A stretch of DNA of 26,022 nucleotides, taken from the NCBI GenBank assembly GCA_039936295.1, contig JBDTIP010000102.1:1-26022 (forward strand). Direction: 5' to 3'. Position 1 is the first letter of the stretch; every line of letters begins with the position of its first letter. The notes beneath the pieces were generated by a model, which saw only the letters and a list, made by a program, of their open reading frames with translations, did no database searches and was not told the DNA's origin. The DNA is from Gemmatimonadaceae bacterium (GTDB taxonomy: Bacteria > Gemmatimonadota > Gemmatimonadetes > Gemmatimonadales > Gemmatimonadaceae). The translations under genes were made by a program, and so were the position numbers. Positions 16,714 through 25,600 of the stretch are shown in pieces.

Positions 16714-17478
16714 CTACACGCCGCTTGCGGCCATGGGCTGCGCTGCGGCCGATCCCGCGTGAACCGGTGATGCCGCCTCGCCCTGTGCCGCCCGATTGCG
16801 TATGGCATCCTGGAACGCCGCCAGCTCGATCACCATCGCTGCGCGCAGGTGTTCGATGTCTTCCGCAGAACCATCGCCCTTCCAAAGCTTGTCAATCTGC
16901 TGGACGGTTCGAATTGCCCCCACGTTCAACGCCGCCCCACGAGCGCGCGTGACGATTGAGTTGAGTAGCGGTATTTCTGGCGGCGACACCTGCCCCTGAG
17001 CAAGCGCATCATCCAGTTCATGCAGCACCTGGTGCGCTATCGCGAGCATAGGCTGAATGGTACGGCTGTAGAAACGCAGACGCTTGCTCATTTCGCGCCA
17101 CGACTCCCAACGCACCGGCGACCTTTCCATCGCGCGATTGATGCGCCCAGCAAAAGACTGAATCGCGATAGGCTTCTTCACGAAATCGATCGCGCCGAAG
17201 CCAAGTGCAGCTTCCACCGTTTCGATATCCGCCTGCGCCGTACAGCACAGCACCGGGATGTCGCGCAGATACGGGAGACTGTACTTCTCTTTCAGAAGGT
17301 CCAGCCCGTTCATGTCTGGCAGCATCATATCGGCGATGACCATGTCGATCGGCTGCGTTCGGAGCTGGTGAAGCGCCTCGGCGCCCGTGTGCGCCTCACA
17401 GTATGCGTAACGCATCCGCTTGAGTAGCGCGGAGATGATGTGACATGTGACGAGGTCGTCTTCGATGATCTGGATCAT
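16714..17478 (-). CDS. Response regulator: intact receiver domain plus C-terminal Hpt-like domain lacking the phospho-His
   Basis: REC motifs IIEDD, ADMMLPDMNG, CTAQ and VKKP. The C-terminal IVTRARGAALNVGA aligns to the Hpt consensus H-x-L-K-G-x-x-x-N-x-G-A with Thr at the His position (codon 16948-16950). Confidence 0.85.
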   Translation of the reverse strand: MIQIIEDDLVTCHIISALLKRMRYAYCEAHTGAEALHQLRTQPIDMVIADMMLPDMNGLDLLKEKYSLPYLRDIPVLCCTAQADIETVEAALGFGAIDFVKKPIAIQSFAGRINRAMERSPVRWESWREMSKRLRFYSRTIQPMLAIAHQVLHELDDALAQGQVSPPEIPLLNSIVTRARGAALNVGAIRTVQQIDKLWKGDGSAEDIEHLRAAMVIELAAFQDAIRNRAAQGEAASPVHAGSAAAQPMAASGV

Positions 17479-17485
17479 AAGCCAA

Positions 17486-17512
17486 TTATCGGCCGTTCAA
17501 TAAGGGACTGTA
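17486..17512 (-). promoter_or_regulatory. sigma28 (FliA) promoter, leaderless spacing
   Basis: TACAGTCC-N11-GCCGATAA versus consensus TAAAGTTT-N11-GCCGATAA: perfect -10 and canonical spacing. ATG 17478 follows 7 nt later. Confidence 0.75.
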
Positions 17513-17553
17513 GGCTAAAAAACATACAATTGCGGGCGAGGCAGATCAGTATG

Positions 17554-19923
17554 TCAAGCGGCGACAGCGTGACTCGGAAAGGCTGTCTCAAGAACTTCAC
17601 GGACGTGCGCGAATTCTCTCTCGGCATCGTCGATGAGCGATCTGGCCCCTTCGACGTCGTGCTTCTCACCAGCGCCCTGCAGAGCGGCGCCGATGGCGGC
17701 CATCGCTGTAGCACCCATGTTGCCGCTACTACCCTTCAGCGCGTGTCCGGTCCGTTCAACGAGTGGCAAATCACCTGCATCGAGCGCCACATGCAGGGTA
17801 ACGATTCTGGACGATGTGTCCGATATATACGTTCCGATCAGCCGCGATACGAAGTCGTCGCCGCTATCGGTCATGGCGGCCAGGTTATCGAGCACTGACA
17901 GGTCGACCGAGGACTGGGTTGCGTGGGGCCCATCGTCGGTCTGAAACTGTGCGGCCAGCGCCGCTACTAGCGCGGGGTCGACAGCGAACGAAGTCGCCGC
18001 CGATTGCGCAGACGTCGCGGCGCCCACATCGGGCCTCGGCGCGATAAACGTGAAATCCTGTGCGTTCGGGGTCGGCGGTTCGGCTCCCGGCTTGGCGTCG
18101 GCGGGAATCCAGCATTCCATAGCCGTTTCAAGTTCTTCGAGCGCGATTGGCTTCGGAATGAACCCGTCCATCCCTGCGTCGAGACAGCGCGCCCGATCCT
18201 CCCGCATGGCGTTCGCGGTCATTGCAATGATCGGTGTGTGCCGGCTCCCCGAATTCTCTCGCTCGCGAATCGCGCGCGTAGCAGAATATCCGTCAAGCTC
18301 CGGCATCTGGCAGTCCATCAGGACGAGATCATACGGAAGCTGTGCGAGCATCTCGACGGCTTCGAGGCCGTTGGAGGCGATGTCGCAACGATAGCCGAGT
18401 TTGTTGAGCATGTGAGATGCAACACGCTGGTTCACCGGATTATCCTCAGCGACCAGTACACGCGCACGTGCCTTTTCGGCTGGGCCGCCAACTGGCTTCT
18501 CGGCTGCGTGCCTCCCGCGTGGTACCAGATCTGGCCGAAGAAGCGAACCAATCACGCCGAGAAGCCTCGTGGGGCGTATCGGAAGCGCAAACGTTGCATC
18601 GATTCCCGCCTGCCGCGCAGTCTCGGCATTAGGTTTTTGTCGGGCAGGCGCGAGCGCGATCACGCTGGAGATGGCGTCACCGACTTCGCGGCGCAAGTCG
18701 CGGATTGCGCGAAGTGGATCGCGTGCAATCGCGGTAAGGTCGACCAGCATCACGTCGTAGCGCTGGCCAGATGCAAGACGTCTCTTGATCAGTGCGCGCG
18801 CCTCCGCAAGCGTACGTGCGCCATCTGCCGTAGCGCCCCAATCTCGCGCGTAGCGCCTTAGAACAATACGTGTGAGTTTTCCAGCAACAAGCACGAGCAC
18901 GCGCGTATTCTTCATCGCAGCTACGGCGGGCGCCTTCAACAGTCGCGGCCCGGGTTGCGCAGCTATCGTGAATTGAAACACGCTCCCCTCGCCGGGCACG
19001 CTAGCGACGTCAATGTCACCGCCGAGGAGGCTCACTAGATGCTTCGAGATGGCCAAGCCGAGCCCCGTACCCCCGTACTTCCGGGTCGTAGAGCTGTCTG
19101 CCTGCTGGAACGGTTGAAAGAGTCGTGAGCGAGCTTCTGAAGTGAGACCAATGCCGGTGTCATTCACATTGAAGCGAAGCTGCACTGCCGCGTCTGTCTC
19201 GGCATCGACAGTGACGTGCACGTAAACGCGCCCCGCAGGCGTAAACTTTATTGCGTTGCCGACGAGGTTGAGGAGAATCTGTCGTACGCGACCCTGGTCT
19301 GTGCGAACGATTGACGGAACGCGCTCGTCAACGTAGCAACCGAGTTCCAGGTTCTTCTGCATCGCCTGCTCGGCAAGCAGCTCAACGACTTCCTCGACCG
19401 TCGTGCGGACGTTGCAGTCAATGATCTCGATCTCCAGCTTGCCAGCTTCGATCTTGGAGAAATCGAGAATTTCGTTGATAATCGTGAGTAGCGCCTCTCC
19501 GGACGACCTCACGGTTCCGACGTATTCACGCTGTTCTTGATCCAGCACGGTATCGAGCAAGAGACCCGTCATGCCGAGTATACCATTCATCGGAGTGCGA
19601 ATTTCATGCGACATGCGCGCGAGAAACTCGCTCTTGGCCTGATTGCCCTGCTCGGCTTTTTCCATCGCCTCTGCCAGCTCGAGAGTGCGCTCGCGAACCT
19701 TATGATCCAACCCGGACAGAATCTGCTGCATCTCGCGCATCAGCGCCTCACGTTCGGTGAGTGCACCGCGAATGCTCTGGTTATTCTGGCGTGAATCCGC
19801 TCTCGTCACCGCGGTCGCAGCAGCGCTAACGAGCTTGAGAGTGCGGACACGCCGCGCGAGCGCTATGACGAGAATGGCCTCGATTGCGATGCCGAGGCCA
19901 AGAACCAGTACGGAGGCGTGCAC
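17554..19923 (-). CDS. Hybrid (unorthodox) histidine kinase: single TM-HisKA-HATPase-pseudoREC-REC-Hpt, with no sensor domain
   Basis: H box [15 protein letters not shown] box [11 protein letters not shown] boxes DTGIG and GGTGLGL. The first REC is degenerate; the second is intact ([24 protein letters not shown]). The Hpt has [13 protein letters not shown]. Confidence 0.93.
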   Translation of the reverse strand: MHASVLVLGLGIAIEAILVIALARRVRTLKLVSAAATAVTRADSRQNNQSIRGALTEREALMREMQQILSGLDHKVRERTLELAEAMEKAEQGNQAKSEFLARMSHEIRTPMNGILGMTGLLLDTVLDQEQREYVGTVRSSGEALLTIINEILDFSKIEAGKLEIEIIDCNVRTTVEEVVELLAEQAMQKNLELGCYVDERVPSIVRTDQGRVRQILLNLVGNAIKFTPAGRVYVHVTVDAETDAAVQLRFNVNDTGIGLTSEARSRLFQPFQQADSSTTRKYGGTGLGLAISKHLVSLLGGDIDVASVPGEGSVFQFTIAAQPGPRLLKAPAVAAMKNTRVLVLVAGKLTRIVLRRYARDWGATADGARTLAEARALIKRRLASGQRYDVMLVDLTAIARDPLRAIRDLRREVGDAISSVIALAPARQKPNAETARQAGIDATFALPIRPTRLLGVIGSLLRPDLVPRGRHAAEKPVGGPAEKARARVLVAEDNPVNQRVASHMLNKLGYRCDIASNGLEAVEMLAQLPYDLVLMDCQMPELDGYSATRAIRERENSGSRHTPIIAMTANAMREDRARCLDAGMDGFIPKPIALEELETAMECWIPADAKPGAEPPTPNAQDFTFIAPRPDVGAATSAQSAATSFAVDPALVAALAAQFQTDDGPHATQSSVDLSVLDNLAAMTDSGDDFVSRLIGTYISDTSSRIVTLHVALDAGDLPLVERTGHALKGSSGNMGATAMAAIGAALQGAGEKHDVEGARSLIDDAEREFAHVREVLETAFPSHAVAA

Positions 19924-19944
19924 GGCGTGGTTGCCTGACCGGCG

Positions 19945-20622
19945 CTAGTGCGCGACGCTGGCGGAATGATCGCCCCAAAACACTGCGTCGGCGGTGGCCT
20001 GCCGCTCGAACGAGTTCTGCGTGGACGCTGATTCACTGAATGTCGGGACCTGGTTGCTGGCGATAATCGCAGCGTCCGCGGTGCCGCCGGAGAGGAGCGA
20101 AGAGATCGCCTGCAACCTGCTCTCGATATCTCGAAGCATCTGCGCTACATGCCCGAGCTGCTGCGAAGTGATGTCCTGAAACTGCAGCGAGCTCATGACC
20201 GCGAAGAGCTCGTCGCGGATTTTCGTACGCACCACGCCGGCTTCGATTGCTACATCACCAGGATTGCCCAGCGGCTCCAGCTCGTCCAGACGATCGACGA
20301 GCGCGTGAGCGCGCTCAAGCCCGTCCATCATGCGAGTCGCGGCAAGTTCTGTGGCCGTCGACACCTCACCGAGCTTCGTAGCACTGTCATGAATTTCCTG
20401 CAGTGTTACCCCCTGAAGCGCTTCGCGACTTGTGTGGAGTGTGCAGAGTATCTGTGCGATTTCGCTCGTTGCGCGTTGCATGACGGCGAGAAGGACGCCC
20501 ACGTTGTTTCCGCGCAGCCCAGCCTCGCGCGCATCGTCACGAAGCTCATCGAGCTCGCTGTCTACGAGGCGCAGCATCGTCTCTGAGTCGTAAAGAACTT
20601 CGGCGATGCGGGAATTGGGCAT
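19945..20622 (-). CDS. cheZ: CheZ-like phosphatase
   Basis: Helical protein with TELAATRMMDGLE and the catalytic signature LQFQDITSQQL (DxxxQ), directly downstream of cheY. Confidence 0.8.
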   Translation of the reverse strand: MPNSRIAEVLYDSETMLRLVDSELDELRDDAREAGLRGNNVGVLLAVMQRATSEIAQILCTLHTSREALQGVTLQEIHDSATKLGEVSTATELAATRMMDGLERAHALVDRLDELEPLGNPGDVAIEAGVVRTKIRDELFAVMSSLQFQDITSQQLGHVAQMLRDIESRLQAISSLLSGGTADAAIIASNQVPTFSESASTQNSFERQATADAVFWGDHSASVAH

Positions 20623-20631
20623 GGTAGTCTG

Positions 20632-21000
20632 TTATGCGGCTCTGGTCGCCAGCACCGCGTCGATCTTCTCGCGCAGCACCTGCGGAGTGAATGGCTTGAC
20701 GACATAGCTGTCAACGCCGGCTTCCATGGCGGTGAGTATGTCGTCGCGAACACTTCGCGCCGTTACCATGATGAGCGGCATTCCCTTCGTCTCATCACAC
20801 GAGCGTATTGCCCGGGTGAGTTCCGCGCCGCTGACCTTGGGCATGTTCCAGTCAGTGATGACGAAATCCACGGAAGCGATCTTTTCGAGGGCTTCCGCGC
20901 CGTCGCTTGCTTCCACCACGTCGCTAAAACCGACGCGCTGGAGTGAATTGACAACGATTCGTCGCATTGTGGCCGAATCGTCAACGACTAGAAAGCGCAT
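20632..21000 (-). CDS. cheY: Chemotaxis response regulator CheY
   Basis: Single-domain REC: LVVDDSATMRRIV, VITDWNMP, MVTA, SYVVKPFT. Located next to cheZ and flgM. Confidence 0.93.
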   Translation of the reverse strand: MRFLVVDDSATMRRIVVNSLQRVGFSDVVEASDGAEALEKIASVDFVITDWNMPKVSGAELTRAIRSCDETKGMPLIMVTARSVRDDILTAMEAGVDSYVVKPFTPQVLREKIDAVLATRAA

Positions 21001-21030
21001 GTGCTTGGCTCCAGAAAGGCTGCAATACTC

Positions 21031-21330
21031 TTACAGATCGCCGCTGCGAATTACAGCACGCGCGACCTGGTCTGCCGATTCAAGCGAGTTGTAGGCTCCC
21101 GCAAGAATCTTCGAACGGATCTGGTCAGCGCGGCTCGGGTCGAGCGTCGATCTCGTCTGCTGCGTCTCGCCGCCTGACGCGAGAGCGAGACCGGCATCGG
21201 AGATCTGAACCGCATCGGTTCCACGAGCTGGCGCGACGGCATCAACGGGTGCCTGGGGCGCAGCCGATCCCTGAGCGCGCTGTAGCGCGTCTGTTGGGAT
21301 CATGTCGGCTGCGGTCTTGTTTACGTGCAT
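21031..21330 (-). CDS. flgM: Anti-sigma28 factor FlgM
   Basis: 99 aa with D.VQIS..G.AL and RADQIRSKILAGAY motifs, a GGAGG RBS and flagellar context. Confidence 0.85.
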   Translation of the reverse strand: MHVNKTAADMIPTDALQRAQGSAAPQAPVDAVAPARGTDAVQISDAGLALASGGETQQTRSTLDPSRADQIRSKILAGAYNSLESADQVARAVIRSGDL

Positions 21331-21351
21331 GTCGTTCCTCCTTCCGTTCTA

Positions 21352-21379
21352 ATGTCGGTTTATGGGGGCCGTTACTTTA
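21352..21379 (-). promoter_or_regulatory. Candidate sigma28 promoter for flgM-cheY-cheZ-kinase
   Basis: TAAAGTAA-N12-ACCGACAT, with the spacer one base longer than the enteric consensus. It lies 21 nt before the flgM ATG. Confidence 0.55.
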
Positions 21380-21414
21380 CTGCCGCCCGGTCGTTCACTG
21401 CCAAAACGCGGTGC

Positions 21415-21693
21415 TCACCTAACCAGATTCAACGTAGGAGCGCCAATTGGCGCTTCCGGCGGCCTGTATGTGGCAAGGTTGTGGGGCGTCCCATCAAGTG
21501 CTTTGAGAGCGTAGGCGACGTGACCACAGAGGTCAGCAAGTGTTTCTCGGGCATCGTTTCCTTGTTCTGGAGCGACGTCCGTGTCTGCCAAATCCGGATC
21601 CGGCACGGCTCCCCGACCAGCACTGATGTTCCTGACGACGGAGTCGATCACGCGATCCAGGTTCTCCTCGAGGAGCGACGTCGGAACTGGCAT
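21415..21693 (-). CDS. Hypothetical 92-aa protein in the late flagellar cluster
   Basis: ATG 21693 lies 2 nt after the fliS stop. Predicted helical segments, and the ORF fills the gap to the flgM promoter. The ORF-track start at 21756 would overlap fliS. Confidence 0.65.
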   Translation of the reverse strand: MPVPTSLLEENLDRVIDSVVRNISAGRGAVPDPDLADTDVAPEQGNDARETLADLCGHVAYALKALDGTPHNLATYRPPEAPIGAPTLNLVR

Positions 21694-21695
21694 AG

Positions 21696-22127
21696 CTAGC
21701 GGCCTTTGGGGTTGTACAGCGAATCGCCGGTCTGAGCCGTGCTTCCGGCCGGCCACTGAGTCCGTGCAGCTATGACCCAGGATTCATGGAGGCTCGACGC
21801 CATTTCCATGATCTTCGTCAACCGGCCAGTGTCGAGCGTACGGCCGACTGCGACGATCTCGGTGCCGAAATAGGCATAGAGGGCCGCCAGGCGTTGAGCC
21901 AGTTCGCCCCCCTTCTCACGATCGAGCGATCCCATCAGTTCAATGACAATTGCAGAAGCCTTTTCCAGGCTCGCGGCTTTTCCCTCGAAGTCGCGCTGCT
22001 GAATCTGGACCTGAGCTCTACGGAGCTGCGCCAGCAGGTGCTCGTACAGTAGCGGAACCAGCCATTCCTTAGATCGGCTGATCACGTCGTTTTCAAGGTA
22101 CTTGGAGGTATAGGCGCTATATCCCAT
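21696..22127 (-). CDS. fliS: Flagellin export chaperone FliS
   Basis: 143 aa from ATG 22127: Y..YLENDV, LV.LLYEHLL..LRRA, KA.AIV.EL..SLD.EKGGELA.RL.ALY.Y, L.E.W. Confidence 0.93.
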   Translation of the reverse strand: MGYSAYTSKYLENDVISRSKEWLVPLLYEHLLAQLRRAQVQIQQRDFEGKAASLEKASAIVIELMGSLDREKGGELAQRLAALYAYFGTEIVAVGRTLDTGRLTKIMEMASSLHESWVIAARTQWPAGSTAQTGDSLYNPKGR

Positions 22128-22135
22128 GTTGCCCA

Positions 22136-22163
22136 GTGTCGGGCGAGCGGACGGAAAACTTGA
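22136..22163 (-). promoter_or_regulatory. Candidate sigma28 promoter for fliS, near-leaderless
   Basis: TCAAGTTT-N12-CCCGACAC, the same geometry as the flgM site. The ATG follows 8 nt later with no SD. Confidence 0.45.
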
Positions 22164-22171
22164 ACGCCACA

Positions 22172-22187
22172 CGGCCTTCGCAGGCCG
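22172..22187 (-). other. GNRA-capped hairpin downstream of the 22200..22667 gene
   Basis: CGGCCT-GCGA-AGGCCG on the mRNA strand. There is no U tract, so it is not a clear intrinsic terminator. Confidence 0.5.
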
Positions 22188-22199
22188 AGTCTGACCGAT

Positions 22200-22667
22200 C
22201 TAACCGCGGCGATCCAGAAAGCGTTGGGAATCGGTGCGATAAGCGGGCGGGAGAGCCGCCTGAGAGCCCGAAGGATGCGTTCCGCGCAACTCTCGGCCCA
22301 TCGCATCGCGCTGTTCTCTGCACGCGGTAGCGAGGTGCGAGGCTGAACCGTCCAGCGTCTCGGCGCGCGACCGCGATGCAAAACTGCGTCGCTTGATCTC
22401 GGCCGCACGCGGGCCAGCAAACTGCTCTGATGCGATTGCGCTGACGAGTGGCGTGAAGCGCTTGCCGCATATTGCAGCGTCGCGCGCGAGTTTGTCTCCG
22501 CGTGATGCCATCTCGAACAACCCCGCAAAGTTCGCCGTCTGAATGTGAACTTGCTGCGTGTCGAGCAGCATTTCGTACTGCGACACCAGCGCGTCGAACT
22601 CGTCCAGGGCCTGCAGCGCCTTGGTGTGGGCTGGAACCGGGACGTCCGCGACGACAAACGTCTTCAC
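22200..22667 (-). CDS. Putative FlgN/FliT-like flagellar export chaperone
   Basis: GTG overlaps the fliD stop (GTGA). Helical pattern L...Y..LL..Q...I...N...L and C-terminal AY.....FLDRRG resemble the ends of FlgN/FliT proteins. The family assignment is inference. Confidence 0.5.
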   Translation of the reverse strand: MKTFVVADVPVPAHTKALQALDEFDALVSQYEMLLDTQQVHIQTANFAGLFEMASRGDKLARDAAICGKRFTPLVSAIASEQFAGPRAAEIKRRSFASRSRAETLDGSASHLATACREQRDAMGRELRGTHPSGSQAALPPAYRTDSQRFLDRRG

Positions 22668-25600
22668 GCGCCGCTCCCACTTGTGACACTACGCGAGGGG
22701 CTGCTGGATGAGCTGTTTTGGTTCGTGGCACCGTTGAGATTTGAGAACGCCGCCAGAAAGGAATTGCCCTGCGCAAGAATTTGCGAGACAGTGCTGTCCA
22801 TCGCCGAGTACTGCGCTAGCAGCGCGGTCCGCTGGAGCGCGATTCGCGAATTGAAGTTGGCGAGCCACGTCTGCTGATTAGTGATCGTGTCGCTCATCTG
22901 CTGCGTCTGCATCGAGATCGTACCGCCGGTCTGCGTCCAGCCGTTGAGCAACTGATCGACGACCGACCCGAAACCTTGGGTAAGCGACAGCGTTCCCGCC
23001 GCACCGGTCGAAGTGCCCAGATACGCCATGCTCAGGCCGTCGACAGGTGTGCCTGTAGCGCCAACCAGCTGTCGCCCAGACCCCGTTGCCGCGAATCCCC
23101 CGATGGTTCCCTGTACGTCGGTACCGTGAAAGCTTCCTGCGGATATGCCGAGTTGAGCGGCGGGGTTACCGGATCCTGAATAGGAGATCGAAAACCCTGG
23201 TCCAGATCCAAACGCATTATCCTGAATCTGGATCTGATTGCCAACTGCAGTGGCGTTGAGCGAAAGAAGCCCATGCCCGGCGGCAGTAACGTTCATTGCA
23301 CCAAGATTGAGCGAGCCACCACCTTCGTTATGTGCTGTGAGCGACAATGTGAGCGGCGAGGCACCGGCGGTATTCGCCTGAACGGCGATCTGCCCGTTGA
23401 CGAACGAAACGGTGGCCCCGCTCCCCACAGCAGTCTGCAGCTGAGTGACGAGATTGGTGATCGTGGATGAGGCACCCACGGTCACGGAACCCGTGAATGG
23501 GGTGCCGCTCGTTCCGGTCCCGCTGAAGCTGATCGTATCGCCAACCGCTACGCCGGATGAAGCGCCGCCAGAGGCATGGAGATCCGTGAGGAGCGTTGAT
23601 GGGGTGGCCTGCGTCGTTCCGCTGGCGTCCATCAGTGTCGCGGACGATTGCAGCGCTCGCGCTTGTGCCGCCCCGAAGGTTGTGGACAGCGCCGCGACTA
23701 TCTGCGCGGTCGTCATGCCTCCGCCCAGCTGGATCTGTGCGCTGGCGCTGGACCCCAGGTCGGTCACGGTCATCGCATCAGCAGCGCCCGGCTGGCTGTA
23801 AACGCCACTGAATCCAGTACCCGTCGCTGCAGCTTGCGATGCGGCCTGGGTAATGTTCACGGCGTAACTTCCCGGCTGGGTCGCGGACGATGCCGCCGTA
23901 AAAACGACTGACGAATCGCTAGCAGTGCCGGACTCCATGAACAGCTTGGTCAGGTCGCTGTAGCGTGTGTTGAACGCTGTCTGGAACTTGCTGCTGTCGA
24001 AGCTAAGATCGCCAGTTGCTGTAAGCGAGATGCCGGCTGTGTCTGGTGTCGCAAGGTCGGATGCCGCACCTGATACTGGCGACAGCATTGCCGAGGACAG
24101 CGCGCTACGAGCGTTTCGAAGCAGCGGGTCGTTGAAAAGAGTCGGGTTGCTGGTGGCGTCGACGCCCGGCGTCTGCTGCGTCTTGATGTAATCGGCGACT
24201 GCGTTGTACGCAGTTACGTAGTTCTGCACCGCAGTCTGAGCTGCGCCTGAATCCAGCGCAACGTTTACCGTAGCGGTCACATTTGGATCGGCCGAAGTCA
24301 ACGTGAGCGTGGTGTTCGCGATGACATCTGAGACGCTGTTGCTCGAACGCGTAAAGGACACACCATCGACCGAAAACTTGGCATCCGAGCCCTGAACAAG
24401 CTCGCGCGCGCGTCCGGTCTCAGCGGTTGTGAATGCACCAAAGTCAAGCCGTCCGCCGCCCTGATTATTCGCGACCATCTGCAGCGATAGGCCGCTCTGG
24501 CCCGCCGTGACGTCGCTCAGTACGATGTGGCCGCCCGCGTCGACCGACGCGGTGGCCGGGCGTGCTCCAGCACCGAAACCAGTGGTTGCGTCGTCCAGCT
24601 TGTTCAGCAGATCCTGCACTGTGCTACCCGAACCGACTGTATATGATACGGTCACGGCGGATCCGTCGCCGCGCGTTCCGGAAATACTGAGCGTATCGCC
24701 AACCTGCGTACCTGAGGCTGCTCCGCCATTCCAAAGATTAGTGAGGAGCGTCGATGCGGTCGCAGCCGTGCTGGCGTTTCCGTCCGTCATTGCGGAGCTC
24801 TGCAGTTGCTGAGCGACCGACGAACGGCCCGCAGCCAGGATCCCCAGCTGCTGAAGCGTGTTGCCGCTGTCGACGAAGCTGGTGGTATTGCGAACGTCGA
24901 GAAAATACTGAGTCGCGCCGTTGACAGTGGTGCTCTGAACCGTTGCCTGTATCCCCGGTAGTGCCGACAGTGACGCCGCGATAGAAGTGAGCGAATCGGT
25001 CGCAAGATTGATCGTGACGTTGTGGCCGCCGATCGAGACAGTCTGCGCACCTGGCGCTATGGTAAGCCCGAGCTGTGATCCGATACTGGCGGTGGCTGAC
25101 GCAAAATCGTCACTCTGGCCGCCCCCGCTGGTCGGATGCTTGAGCGACTCTGTCGAATCGACCCAGCCAAGTTGCCGCGCGGCGCCCTGTGCGCCATCGA
25201 CGAGGTTGATCCCGGCGGAGCCAGTCTGAGAGCTCGTGAGTACAATGCGTTGCGACGCGGATGAATCGTTGACGACCGACGCGACGACTCCGCTGGCATT
25301 GCTGCCAGAGTTTAGGGCATTGATCTTGTTCGCGACAGATGTGAGCGTGTCTGAGGCCGCGATCGTGACGGTACGGCCATTGATTACAAAGTCACCCGAG
25401 ATACCTAGCGGAGCGGCACCGCCGGCGAAGGAGCTGCCGGAGAGTTTTTCCGCCTGCGCTGTCTGAAGCACCTGCACCGCGTATGTGCCGGCAGACGCGC
25501 CGCTGAGGGCAGATGCGGACACCACCGGCTGTCCGTTGGTACCTGTTGCATTTGTCACGCTTGCAGTCACGGCCTGCAACGCGGTTCCGTCGCGCATCGT

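Noticed and set aside
18520-18910. Degenerate first receiver domain in the hybrid kinase
   Set aside because: Pseudo-receivers at this position are common in BarA/GacS/RcsC-type kinases, so it is not novel by itself.
19921-19947. cheZ and the hybrid kinase are in the same frame, separated by one TAG and 7 sense codons, so readthrough could give a CheZ-kinase fusion
   Set aside because: Same-frame adjacency has a 1-in-3 chance. A cytoplasmic CheZ followed by a single TM helix would put the kinase on the wrong side of the membrane, and I see no recoding signal.
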